Origin: Saccostrea cucullata
Taxonomy: Eukaryota
Assembly: GCF_032062105.1 (NCBI RefSeq)
Contig: NW_026926967.1
Location: forward strand, 186,001 to 250,000
Direction: 5' to 3'
DNA length: 64,000 bases
The notes beneath the pieces are model-generated. The model saw only the letters and a list, made by a program, of their open reading frames with translations, was not told the DNA's origin and did not search any database. Below are positions 1-10,893 of the stretch, piece by piece. Made by a program: the position numbers and the translations under genes. Position 1 is the stretch's first letter. The number at the start of each line of letters is the position of its first letter.

Positions 1-200
1 TTTAAATATTAGAAGAAAATGACATTCGGTTTGAACTGGATGTCGAGGAGGAATTAGACAACAACGAAGATCTTAGTGAAGATTCTTCTGACCATGAAGT
101 GACAAATTTTGATACTATTTGGACAGAAAATCCCGCATGGCTTTGGTATTCTTCCATACCAATATGAGCCTTTTGCAACTTCTTACGAAGACGTTTCGGA
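1..200 (+). pseudogene. Possible decayed Kolobok KolX / P2X7-C-terminal-like coding remnant
   Basis: Acidic reading frame (ILEENDIRFELDVEEELDNNEDLSEDSSD), then after a frameshift GFGILPYQYEPFA, resembling the PYxFEP motif recalled for KolX-like proteins. The downstream Cys-rich part is not visible. Confidence 0.3.
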
Positions 201-264
201 CAATTCAGAAGCTGCACAGGAAAATACATTTTATCAAAAAATACAAACATAGTCATTGAGAAGT

Positions 265-437
265 GAGAGATCTTTTTCGTGCCAGTACTACTGCGACACG
301 GAACAAATGTTTTAATCGGTCTCATCCGAAGGACGGTCTCCACGTCCCTCAGTGGATTCGAACCCACGACGCGAGGATCATCTCCTTACTTCCCGAATCT
401 AGAGCAGACGCTCTAACCACTGAGACACGCGGGCGAC
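265..437 (-). mobile_element. tRNA-derived SINE with Nin/Deu-like core, 3'-truncated
   Basis: Minus strand has A-box-like TCTCAGTGGTTAGAGC, B box GGTTCGAATCC, then GTCCTTCGGATGAGACC. Homologous to the copies at 59881 and 62111. Confidence 0.8.
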
Positions 438-1184
438 TAGGAAATAATAACAGTGTGAGTAAAGCAAATGATTAAGGTCACGATATATGAGTTGTGCATA
501 TAGTTGAGTGTAACATTGAAAATTTTCAATGGGGGAACAGATAATCTGTTTAACTTGTTATATTTAAAACTGTCTCCGATGTCTTAGAATAAGATCTAAA
601 TGCTAAACTGTTCAATTAGAATTATTTAAAAAAGGAAAAAATAATTTGAATTAATTTTGATTATTTAGAAATATTGTTAATTTTGGTAACTGAAAATAGA
701 CACCGTGCAGATGTTTGATTGTTTTATCTTTCTGTTCATAGGAAAACAAATCATACGTAAATGTATAGCTTTTCAAATCTTAATTTGAAATAAGATTAAG
801 ATCTTTATGAAGACAATGTTTTTTTCAGTATGTTCGAAAATCAGTTAACGGTTTGAAAACGTCTCCTTTATAACGAGATCTTTTTACAATGTGTGCTGTA
901 ATAAATCACTGAATAGACGGTCGAGTGCAAATGATAAAGATAATGACACTTGTAAGTATCTTTACATTTAATAGCAACAAAGTAATAAAACTATACCGAC
1001 ATACATAGGGAGTACTTCAAAAATCAATTTTAAGTGTCAATTTGGTTTAATCCAAAGCTGTTATATTTTGGAAATGATTTTGATCTTTCATTATGTACAT
1101 TGCAGAAAACATTCTTTGACAAGTTGCATTTTTTGTGTTTTAAAACACAGAAAACCAACATGACTTTCAGCATCAGTATATAGG

Positions 1185-1350
1185 AGCAAACACGGACCTC
1201 TAAAATATCAAAGGTTGCATCAGGTACCATGGCAGAGTGAACATCCCCTGCCGACCGTGTGCTCCTTATCACGAGCAGGAAATAACGGGAAAATCTGTCG
1301 TCAAATCAGTGATAAATATTGGCCTACATGTAACAATCAGTATGAAAAAA
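1185..1350 (-). mobile_element. 3'-end fragment of an abundant retroelement family (CAGGGGATG...CACCTGAT...GTCCGTGTTTGC)
   Basis: Same motif at 12033-12135 (-) and 44240-44480 (+). Confidence 0.65.
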
Positions 1351-1577
1351 CGGATCGGCATTAGACTCAACGATCGAGTGCAGATGATTACAAGGTTATT
1401 GTATCAATCATACAGTGGCTACAATGCCATTGTTGACAACGCAGCTAGGATAAGGCTGTCCGTAAAATATCAATTGTTCAGACTGTAGTTACTTCTTCGA
1501 ACTACCTAGATATGACGTCATAATAGAATATGACGTCAAGTCACTGCATACACAGCTAATACTTGATATCGCGATTA

Positions 1578-1794
1578 CTGTAAACCAACTTTTATTCGCG
1601 TGCGAGAAATTTTCGCGAAGTTCGCGAGAGCCTCGTCATCGCGAATATTTCTCGCCGCGAACCGGTCCTTATAGTATATTTGTCTATTAAAAACAGATGC
1701 AAAACGGCTTGATCGCGAAAATTAATCGTCGCGAACAAGTTAATCCCTGCTAAATCGCGAAATAAAGTCGTCGCGAATAAAAGTTGGTTTACAG
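1578..1794. mobile_element. Tc1/mariner-type MITE
   Basis: TIR CTGTAAACCAACTTTTATTCGCG / CGCGAATAAAAGTTGGTTTACAG with TA on both sides. Confidence 0.9.
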
Positions 1795-2295
1795 TACTTA
1801 ACTTAGTGGAACATTTTCGCGATGGAGGTAGGGAACGTCTGTTGGCTGGGGACAAATGTGATATTGAAAACAATGCAAGATCGATCATTGTAGAATTTAT
1901 AAGGACAGATAAGTAAAAAATCCTGGTGGAATACCTTCCTTAACAATCGCTGAACCAGCCTAATTAATTTTTGAGTGGAGCTAATCCTTAAATATTACAT
2001 TTTTTACAATATATTTGACTAAGCGGGCTCTTCTCATTAATTTTTCATTGAAAATCGTGGCATTTTAAAGCTGGTAAAATAATTAAAACTTTCCTTATTT
2101 GACAATCTATTATTTGGAATTCAATTCTTGGCAATACATTGTACTTTCGGCATAAAATTATTCAAATCATTCGATTGTCACTACTGTAAACAATGCCATT
2201 TGCCCCGGTAATCTCGTGAGATTTGAGCTTTCTCGACTCCCCCGCAAAAGAACGGTAGTAAGTTATATAACTGCGAGGTAATCGCGATATTACGT

Positions 2296-2700
2296 ATTGT
2301 GCCACGTACGTGTTACATATTGTTGCACATAACACATGTATCACGTATGTGAAATGTACGTATCACATACGTGTATTACAAACATACGTTTCACGTATGT
2401 GGTAAAACGTACGTATAACATATGTGTGACTACATACGTTTCACATAACGTACGTTAAACGTATGTTTGGAATACACGTATGTGTTACATACGTGAAACG
2501 TACGTGTAACATATGTTATGTGCAACCATACTTTACACGTGCGTTAATAAACGTACGGTTTACATGTGTATTGTCAACCATATGTTACACGTACGTTAAT
2601 TAACACATGGTTTACATGTGTATAGTCAACCACATGTTACACGTACGTTAATTAACTCATGGTTTACATGTGTTTTATAAAGCACAAATGTCATGTGTAG
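2296..2700. repeat. Array of short palindromes (ACGTACGT, CATATG, ACATGT)
   Basis: Dense repeated motifs, mirrored at 28230-28494. Confidence 0.85.
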
Positions 2701-4138
2701 TTTATGTGTATTATAAACAACACATTAAATATACAAATGTACATATTAAATAAAATGGATAACTTGTATTATAAAGCTCTCATTACATATTGTAGATTGG
2801 CAAATATTCACAATGGTTTTAATTTTGCTATATTTGTGATTTATTAATTTTTCGTGAAATTAACCCCACCGTGAATGTTATTATTAGTTTTTAATTATGT
2901 TAAATTGCTTATAGGAAGTTTTAAATTAATTTCTTGCAGCGTGAAATTAAAACCATTGTCAATGGTACTTTTTGAGATATTGTGAAATTTTAACACTGGA
3001 ATTAAAACAATTTACAGTATATGTTGATGAATATAGTAGTTGTATTATCAGGCACATGTTACATATACATTTAAAAAGGTGTTTTACATGTGTGTGAATA
3101 GCTATGTTTGAGAATGAGAAGGCTGTATATTTTGTAAATTCATACTATTACTTTTATGTATGATAAAGGTAGGTTGACTATAAATCTTATCCTTTTTATT
3201 TTATTTCAAATTTAATTTATTTATCAAATTATCATTTAGTTTTCGCTATAAAGAGGAAAAAAAACTATGCGTTAAACATTTATTGTTGCTAGGGACTACA
3301 TAATTTGTTTAAAATACTTGAACTTTTTGTATAAAAGTATATATGGCTGATTTCCACAACTATTTTTCCTTAATAGTTCAAGTGATTTTGGTGAACTAAT
3401 CAAGATATTATTTAACATAACAATCAATAAGAAGAGCAATCATAGTGATATGTATAACGGGTCCTTAGATCCTTAAATCTAAAATGTCTTTTTTTGAAAT
3501 AAACATTATTATGATATTTGGATAAACCCAATCGCAACTGAACGTCTGAAGCTCACATGTGTGTGCGTTGTTGACTTGTCGTGTGTGTTTTGCACATTTA
3601 ATATTTCAATTTATTTCACATTGTTTACCTTACGTCCACGTTCATGTCTGGCATGAAGTTATCAGTTCGCATTGGTTTAAAATTTATTCTAAAAACAGTA
3701 AACAAAGTTTACATTAAAAGTTCTCCAATCTCGTCATGTGTATCGGATATCTGTAGAGGCAAAATAAATTGAACTCGGTCATCGATAGATATAATCAATC
3801 TGAATTCAAGAGCAAAGCTAAATTAAAAAAAAAAGAAAGAAATTCATGATAATTTCACAACAAATCTCAAAAAGGAGTAAATGATTCACCTAGATAATTA
3901 TCAAATACACAGTGCGTACCGTCCGTATAAAACTTATAAAATATACCTTCCGGAATTTTCCAGCCTCCATTTATGTATTACATGTACGTTACCAGTGACG
4001 TCATTGGAAAGAGAAGTCTGACGTCTGCAAGTTCTAGGGCCTACTAACGGTAAGAAATGCATAAAATCAACAATTATTTAATTCCCTTATGACTGTGTGT
4101 TGCATGTAAACTAAGGGGGTGGTTTTTTTTCAGTGTAT

Positions 4139-4362
4139 TAAAGTAAACCCCAAGGTAATGGTACAAACAGTTTATTAACAGATATTACAATATATAACTG
4201 TAAGCCGGGCTGGGTCCTGGCCCGGGGGTAAGACTCACCGACTGCGTGTCACGTCTTGTCTCTTCGCCATCGTCATGGAAAAAGAGATCCGTGCGACTGT
4301 CCCGCCATCTGACGTCACCTTGTCGGTAGGTCGTACCACGGGACAGTCGCACAGATACTACA
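4139..4362 (-). repeat. Gypsy 3' LTR
   Basis: Direct repeat of 10670-10893. Starts TGTAGT on the minus strand, next to the polypurine tract. Confidence 0.95.
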
Positions 4363-4628
4363 CTCCCCCCGTTTTCTTAATAGGCGTAGGTCCTCACTGG
4401 GGGGAGGGTCCGGTACCATCTCCAGCGATGGCGCGCTATTAACGCCCGCCCGGACAGGCCCAGGAACATTAAAGACCGGGGCAAGCCCCAGATAATGCAA
4501 ACTCAGGAGGATTCCTGAGTAAAGGGTGTCCTGGATTGCTCCCAGTTGCACGCAAAGCCCTAAGCCCGGGATAATTCCCGGATACTGAGAATTCTGAATA
4601 CTGGGGTGAGTCCAAGTCGCTAACCTGC

Positions 4629-5711
4629 TCACCACTCCAGCACCACGGCAAAGGTCACCCTCCTAGCCCCAGGCCACGGCATCTCCGCCGTAATAATGCC
4701 CCCAGTGATGGTTCCAGGTGGAGGTCGGCCGGGGGCAGAGTCTTCCTCAGGACGGGGAATCTCTTCAATGGAGGAGGCTTCCTCGCTGTCTGTGTCCTCC
4801 TGGGGATCATCCTCAAGGCGGCGGACAGGAACAAGAGCTGCTGAGAAAATGGGCTGACGCCACACGCATCTGTCGGAGGGTCCTCCGGGAACACCGGGGG
4901 GCAAACTCATGCCAAAGCTAATCACACGCCAACTTCTGATCCTGCACCCGTTAAAGGCGGTAAGGTATGCCCATCGGAGCCGGGGAGACAGGCGCTGCAA
5001 AACGTGGGCATGGGCTCTCCAGTGCAGCAGAAGGGCGGGATGTAGTCACAATGTACGCTGCCGGGGGGGGGGGGGGAATCCCCAACGTAACCACATAGAG
5101 CATCCATGGCCTGAACGAGGTCCTGTGTGGCGAGGCTGTTCCTATCTGGGAAGACTGCCTCCCCTCGGATACCATCCGCCAGGGTTTGAACATCCCCATC
5201 TTCACCCAGGACTTGGCGGGCTAACCATCTGAGGGCATCCATACGAAGGGCGGAGACTTCCGGGGTAGGGGGTACCCCGCGTCGAAATATGGCGGGGAGG
5301 TGATGCCGCAACATGATGTCCCTCAGCTTCCTCGTCATTGCCCCACACAGAAGGGGGCAGGGAGAGGGAGGATGCTCCCCCCTAGCTCCTCTATCTCTGT
5401 TCCTACGGGAAGTAGGTTGGGGTCCGGGAGGCCTGTCCGGGGCCCAGTAGGATCCATCGGGCCCTCCGGATGGTGGTGGCGATGTGGGCCAAGGGGTGTC
5501 TCTAGGATATGGCTGGAACACCGGTTCTGGACACTCCTGGCGCTCCGGGGGTGAGGGTACCCTCCTCTCAGGGGACGACTCGGGGGACCTCATCTCCCAT
5601 TCTGGGACCCTTTGGTTGTACTGGGAGGGAGAACGCTCCCTCCTCCAGCCTCTTACAAGCGACTCTGCTTCGTCGGATGACAGGTCAGAAAACTGACCTT
5701 CCAGTGGTGAA
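4629..5711 (-). CDS. Gypsy extra ORF3 of unknown function (Pro/Arg-rich N-terminus, Cys/His core, HPALLLHWR motif); frameshifted near the poly-G at 5063-5076
   Basis: ORFs 4922..5857 and 4629..5000 join through one frameshift. A branch point, pyrimidine tract and AG acceptor lie immediately before 5711. Confidence 0.6.
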
Positions 5712-5735
5712 CTACAAAAGAAAGCAGACCCCACA

Positions 5736-6146
5736 TTAGCTACCCTGCCCACCCCCCCCCCCCATACAATCTTGGCATGTATACTGATCCAGTGAGGAAG
5801 CCTCCTTGGAAGTAACCCCCACACAAACTCCATGAAACCAACTGTCACACTGATCACACTGGATCATGAGTCCCCCATCATCTGGTTTACGACAGAAACA
5901 GTACAGTTCCGAGTCAGTTAGCTCCCCATTTGATGACTTGGCGGACTCGGAGGAGGGCGACCTTACCTTGCGCGGGCGCCCCCGTTTTCTCGGTGCACGG
6001 GGAGGGCTGTCGGAGGACGAACTCGGGTAGGAAGGCCCAGTGGCCTCACTCAAGGGAGCATCCCCCTCTAGCAATGGGACACCACTCACATCACTACCTT
6101 CCTGGGACTGGGCTCTGAATTTCTCTTGATACCGGGATACCTTGTC
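5736..6146 (-). CDS. AT-hook + PHD finger module, probable integrase C-terminal extension
   Basis: PRKRGRPRK followed by C4HC3 YCFCRKPDDGGLMIQCDQCDSWFHGVCVGV...YTCQDC. The frame stays open upstream to about 6146. Confidence 0.85.
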   Translation of the reverse strand, partial: DKVSRYQEKFRAQSQEGSDVSGVPLLEGDAPLSEATGPSYPSSSSDSPPRAPRKRGRPRKVRSPSSESAKSSNGELTDSELYCFCRKPDDGGLMIQCDQCDSWFHGVCVGVTSKEASSLDQYTCQDCMGGGGGQGS

Positions 6147-7130
6147 CCCTCCATGAGGGGCTCAACTTTCTGCACTTCCCCTTTACAGTGGCTGTGTCAA
6201 GGACATAAACCAGATCTCCCTCGTAATAAGAGCGAGCAGAAAGCCTGAGGTCATAATATCTCTTCATACACTCCTCAGAGGTCTGGAGACGACGCCTGGC
6301 TGTCTCATGAGCTGATTGGATAGACTCAAGATTGACCACATAGCCCTCAAGGTCAACTGTTGGATCCTTCTGGGGTGGTGCAAACATCAGGTCAGCAGGA
6401 ATATTCACCTCCCTGCCCAACATAAGCTTGTTGGCCGTAAATCCGGTGTTCCTGTTAACAGCTGAGCGCAAAGCACCTGCTATCTGGGCAAGGTATTCAT
6501 CCCAGCAGTTCTGAGCCTTGTCTATGTAACAGCGCTCAGCATCCATCAAGGTTCTGTTATACCTTTCTACCTGGCCATTAGCCGAGGGACGATAAGGGGT
6601 AGTACGGGCCTAATGGATCTGCAACAGGTCGCACACTGCGGTGAAGAGCTTACTCTCAAAGTTCCTACCCTGGTCCGTGAAGATCTGAAAGGGGCAGCCA
6701 AAGCGAGCAAAGAATCCGTCAACCGCTGCAGTTGCAGTGACCTCTGCAGTCTGGGTTGGCAGGGGGATACATTCCACCCATTTGGTGAACTGGTCCACCA
6801 TGACAAGGACATACTCATTACCCTGTTTGGTCCGGGGCAAGGGCCCCAGAAAATTAAGATGGACTCTCTCCATAGGAGAACCTGCGTGGTACTTAATCAT
6901 CTCTGCACTTGCATGGCGCTGGGGGTGCTTATTTCTACTGCACGGACCACAAGTGCTCACAAACTGTTCGGCCTCCCTCATCATACCGTACCAGAAATAT
7001 CTATACCGCAAGCGAGCCTTGGTTCTATCAATGCCCTGGTGGCCAGCTGCTGGGACATCATGGCACAGGCGTAGCACCTCTTTCCTCAGCTCCTAGGGGA
7101 CGACTAATAGTCTATTCTTTACATTCCCCT
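6094..7130 (-). pseudogene. Gypsy integrase (H2C2 zinc finger, DDE core), disrupted
   Basis: CHD...GHQG...CGPC; VHLNFLGP (first catalytic D reads N); FTDQGRNFES; internal stop and frameshifts. Confidence 0.92.
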
Positions 7131-8235
7131 CCCCAACCTCCTTCCAAAGGACTTTGTCCTGGTCTAAGGGGAAGGTCGCCCTATTCAGCCAATAGTTCTT
7201 CACTGCTGGGCTCGCTAGGAAAATCACTCCCTCCTCTGGATCTGCATCACCCTCTACCCAATTAAGAAACTGACTGATCTCTGAGTCCTTTAACTGGCAT
7301 AAGCTCATTTCCTCTGGTGTCAGACCCACTAACGACAAAGAACCACCTGAATCCTCTGGGGGTATGCCTACTACTGCCACAAAGTGGGGATGTCTCGTGA
7401 GACGAACCTGGGTCCGGAGGGGGCCATCCACTGACTCATCATCATCGAAGTCCACCTCTGGGGGAACAAAGCGACCAATACGACCCAGCAATTCCCCAGA
7501 AACATAACCGAAGGCCACCTCACTAACAGAAGGCTGTGCTGGTCCAGGAGGAGAGGGCGAATCACTGGTGTTGCCCTCTGGGTCTAAAACTGACTCCTCT
7601 ACAGCTTCCACCTCCGAACTGGGCGTTTTCGTCCAACTTCCGGGACTAGCTAAGGGTGCAACATTGTCCACTTCCCCGGCAAAGGCGTTCCAAGATTGGT
7701 GGGCCTTAACACATTTTGGGCATCCTCCACAAGGCAGGTAACTAGGATGTATAGTGACATCTGATCCGGCACAGAGGGCACTGGAAGGCAACCTAGACAG
7801 GGCGTTTGCATTAACACGGCGTCACCCAGGGCGGTGCTGAATCTCCATGTCGTACTGACTAAGTTCCTCCATCCATCTGGCGAGTTTGTCTTGCGGGTTC
7901 CTAAAGTTTAACAACCAAATAAGGCTATGAGGGTCAGTCCTGACAATAAATCTCCTCCCCAGCAAGTAATGGTGGAACAGTCAAGTGAAACGGATAACTG
8001 CTAACAGCTCCTTCCGGGTCGTGCAGTATTTGCGCTGCTCTGGGGATAGACTGAGGCTTCCATAAGATATGGGTCTCTCCTGGACATCCTGTATCTGTGA
8101 GAGCTCTGCCCCTATGGCCTCATTGGAAGCGTCAGTGTCAAGTATGAACTCTCCCTCGGGAATTGGCAGGGCCAAGACTGGCGGAGATGTGAGGGCCCCT
8201 TTAAACCATCAAAAGCCGACTGTTGATCTGGGCCC
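7093..8235 (-). pseudogene. Gypsy RNase H and linker, disrupted
   Basis: FILDTDASNEAIGAELSQ...YCTTRKELLA; stop at 7981; linker containing YLPCGGCPKC. Confidence 0.9.
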
Positions 8236-10426
8236 TTAAAACAAACCGGGGGTTTCTGGTCACGCTCTGCCGAACGGGGTGGCGGGGTACCCGTCCTCTC
8301 CGGTCTTGAGAGGGGGGGGGCAGATCCTTTCTGCTTAACAGCTTGCTCCAACTTTTCCATCCTACTGCGGAGGGCTTCCACAGCTCCTCCCCTGCAGTAG
8401 CGACACTCACTTTCTCCTGATTGTCCTGCTCATCACCTGGGATCAATTTTCGCACCTCTTTCTTGGTCTTAGACCGGTGTAACCGGGAGTGCTGGAAGTA
8501 TTGCATCCTCTCTACAGCTTCCTCCACAGTCCGAGGGTGCCCATCAAGGGCATAAAGGCCTGCGTCCCTGTCCTCGGCTCCATAACACAGCTTGGGGATA
8601 GCATGAGTGTGCACGTCGGGAACACACGGGAAGGCCTTGGTCGCCAAGGTCAGCACCCGGTCTGCCCACTGTCGAAGGGCCTCTCCAGGATTCTGGCTAG
8701 CCGACTGGAAATTGAGTTGGTGCGTCAGATCAGGAGCAGAGGAGCCAAAACGCTTCTCAAACCTCTGCAGAATCTCACCTAGAGGGAGCAGGGTAGACGT
8801 TTCTAACAGCAAGGTGTAATATTTACTTGCTACCCCTTCAAGGGAAAAACAGAACTGGTCGTGTTGATCTTCCTCAGTCCACAGCTGACTGCGAGACAAC
8901 CTGATAAATTTGTGCAAAAATGCCTTCCAACTGGTTTTGTCATCATACCGGAGGTCCTTGTACCTAGGCTTGCTTCCCAAGGCTGACCTTCCTGTGTATG
9001 GCGTGGTACTGTGGTATCCAGGTGAGCCATACTGCGTCAGTGCACTTAAGTTACAGGCTGGGTTTGCCGGGACTGTCTGATAGACAGAGTATCCCGGCCG
9101 GGCTGTATCATACATGTTTGGCTGCACATGCGCTATTCTCTCCCCCTCCATTCTAAAATGGCAGGGTGGGGCGTCAGTATAGGCGGAGCTACATGTATAG
9201 ATGCAGGGATACCCTGGTGATGCAAGGCACTGGGCAAAGGTATACTCGGGGATGTGGCCGGGGTATTCTCACCACGGTACAGCACAGACTGGGATGGATC
9301 CAGGATTGGGGGTTGGGCATGCCCACCCCCATGGTTGATGTGAGCAGATGGGGGCACTTGGTAAAGTGTGCTTGTAGAGGTTGCGTATACTGATGCAGGC
9401 TGGTGTCTGGCAGCAGTCATGCCGGTATCCAAAGGCCACGAGGCTAGGTTGCTTGGCGATTCCGACTGCATCAACACAGGGGACACTCTGGCATTTATAG
9501 GGACTGGGGCAGGCATTGTGTGAGACATGGAGGTCCGGGGTTGCAAATCATCCCCGGGGAGAAAGGGCACACTAAAGTCTGCAGGTTTAGGCTGAGTCTG
9601 TGCAGTCGTAGGGTTCCAGGTGAGCTCTATAGCACAAACAGGATCAAACTCAGAAATGAGCTGTTCAGGCCTCATAGGCCTCTGAGACTGTTGGTCGTGT
9701 TTGGAGGTAAGTGGTGCAGGCCTCATAGGCCTCTCGTTCATCCAATCGCATTTGTAGGTGAGCGGTTCAGGCCACATGGGCCTCTCAGGCTGTCGATCCT
9801 CAAATGGTGTGTAGGGTGGAAGGGCGGGGTCAGGAGTGGGGTGTACACCCCCACTTAAGCGGCTTGGTCGGATTCCCCTAGTGGCAGGACCCCCCCAGGT
9901 TAGCTGTGTCTCCTACAAGGACAGGCTGGCTACTAGCCGGACGCACATGACCTTAAGAATACGGTTCAATACCGGAAGTCCAAGGAACCTCACTGCATTC
10001 ATACTTAGGTGGGGTACTACCCACAGTGCTGCCAGGTGAGCTACACCTACACAGGCTACCTAAAGAGGACTCCATGGAATCAGTGGACATCATCCCTGGT
10101 GAGCTAAATTGGGGCTGGGAAAACCGTACCTCTCTCCATGACACACTCTCCTCCCCCCTGGGAATGCTCGAGTTCAGACCGGGCGTAAGTTCAGGGGGAC
10201 CCCCCCCCCAGGGCAACCCCCCTCCCAAACGGCCTGACATTAACTGAGCAAATGGAGATGTGTGACGGGATGTAAAGTTCCCGCTATATACATAAGGTGA
10301 ATAACCCCCTTCCCTGGGGTATCCCCCCACCCTACCCGGGGTGTGAGGAATGACATTTGCCCGCGTGACCGCCGGGATACTTCCCAGACCCAAGGCCGAT
10401 GCGGCTTCCTCCAAAGACATATCCAT
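8236..10426 (-). pseudogene. Gypsy gag, frameshifted
   Basis: Pro-rich N-terminus; capsid-like YDDKTSWKAF...QNPGEALRQWADRV; ends at the start of a zinc knuckle (PPVCF). Confidence 0.8.
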
Positions 10427-10650
10427 ACAATGTGAAAATGCACGAAGTAAATGTCAAATAAATCAAAGCAATAATAATCACTTTCTATAAATGCAGATAC
10501 AAATTAATTACAGTTGATTCAAATCAAAATTCGATTGGAAAAAAAAGTACAAAAATCACCCGCGCATTCAGCAACAAAAATGGCGGCTGGGGTGATGGCC
10601 AAAAAAACCCCCTAACTTTGACAGAAGTACGGGAATCTATAGCACCGGGC

Positions 10651-10668
10651 CCCGCGAATTGGGCGCCA
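10651..10668 (-). promoter_or_regulatory. Primer-binding site (tRNA-Lys-like)
   Basis: TGGCGCCCAA one base inside the 5' LTR boundary. Confidence 0.8.
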
Positions 10669-10669
10669 G

Positions 10670-10893
10670 TTAAGTAAACCCCAAGGTAATGGTACAAACG
10701 GTTTATTAAGAGATATTACAATATATAACTGTAATCCGGGGTGGGTCCTGGCCCGGGGGTAAGACTCACCGACTGCCTGTCACGTCTTGTCTCTTCGCCA
10801 TCGTCATGGAAAAAGAGATCCGTGCGACTGTCCCGCCATCTGACGTCACCTTGTCAGTAGGTCGTACCACGGGACAGTCGCACAGATACTACA
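10670..10893 (-). repeat. Gypsy 5' LTR
   Basis: Direct repeat of 4139-4362, adjacent to the PBS. Confidence 0.95.

Larger units (their letters stand above)
4139..10893 (-). mobile_element. Ty3/Gypsy LTR retrotransposon, internally deleted (no protease or RT)
   Basis: Two 224-bp LTRs with about 7 differences. TSD GTAT (extendable to GTATTA). PBS TGGCGCCCAA and PPT AAGAAAACGGGGGGAG. Gag, RNase H and integrase remnants in Gypsy order. Confidence 0.95.

Noticed and set aside
350-437. tRNA gene
   Set aside because: The A/B boxes lead into a SINE core and no proper cloverleaf is present; the same applies to 62111-62170.
4460-4580. Twister-like AAGCCC motifs near the Gypsy 3' end
   Set aside because: Could not build the required pseudoknot pairings, and the motifs are on the antisense strand.
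4629-5857. ORF3 as an env glycoprotein
   Set aside because: No signal peptide, furin-site/fusion-peptide pair or transmembrane anchor is visible.
4718-10247. Plus-strand ORFs within the Gypsy element
   Set aside because: Expected by chance in GC-rich antisense sequence; no domains.
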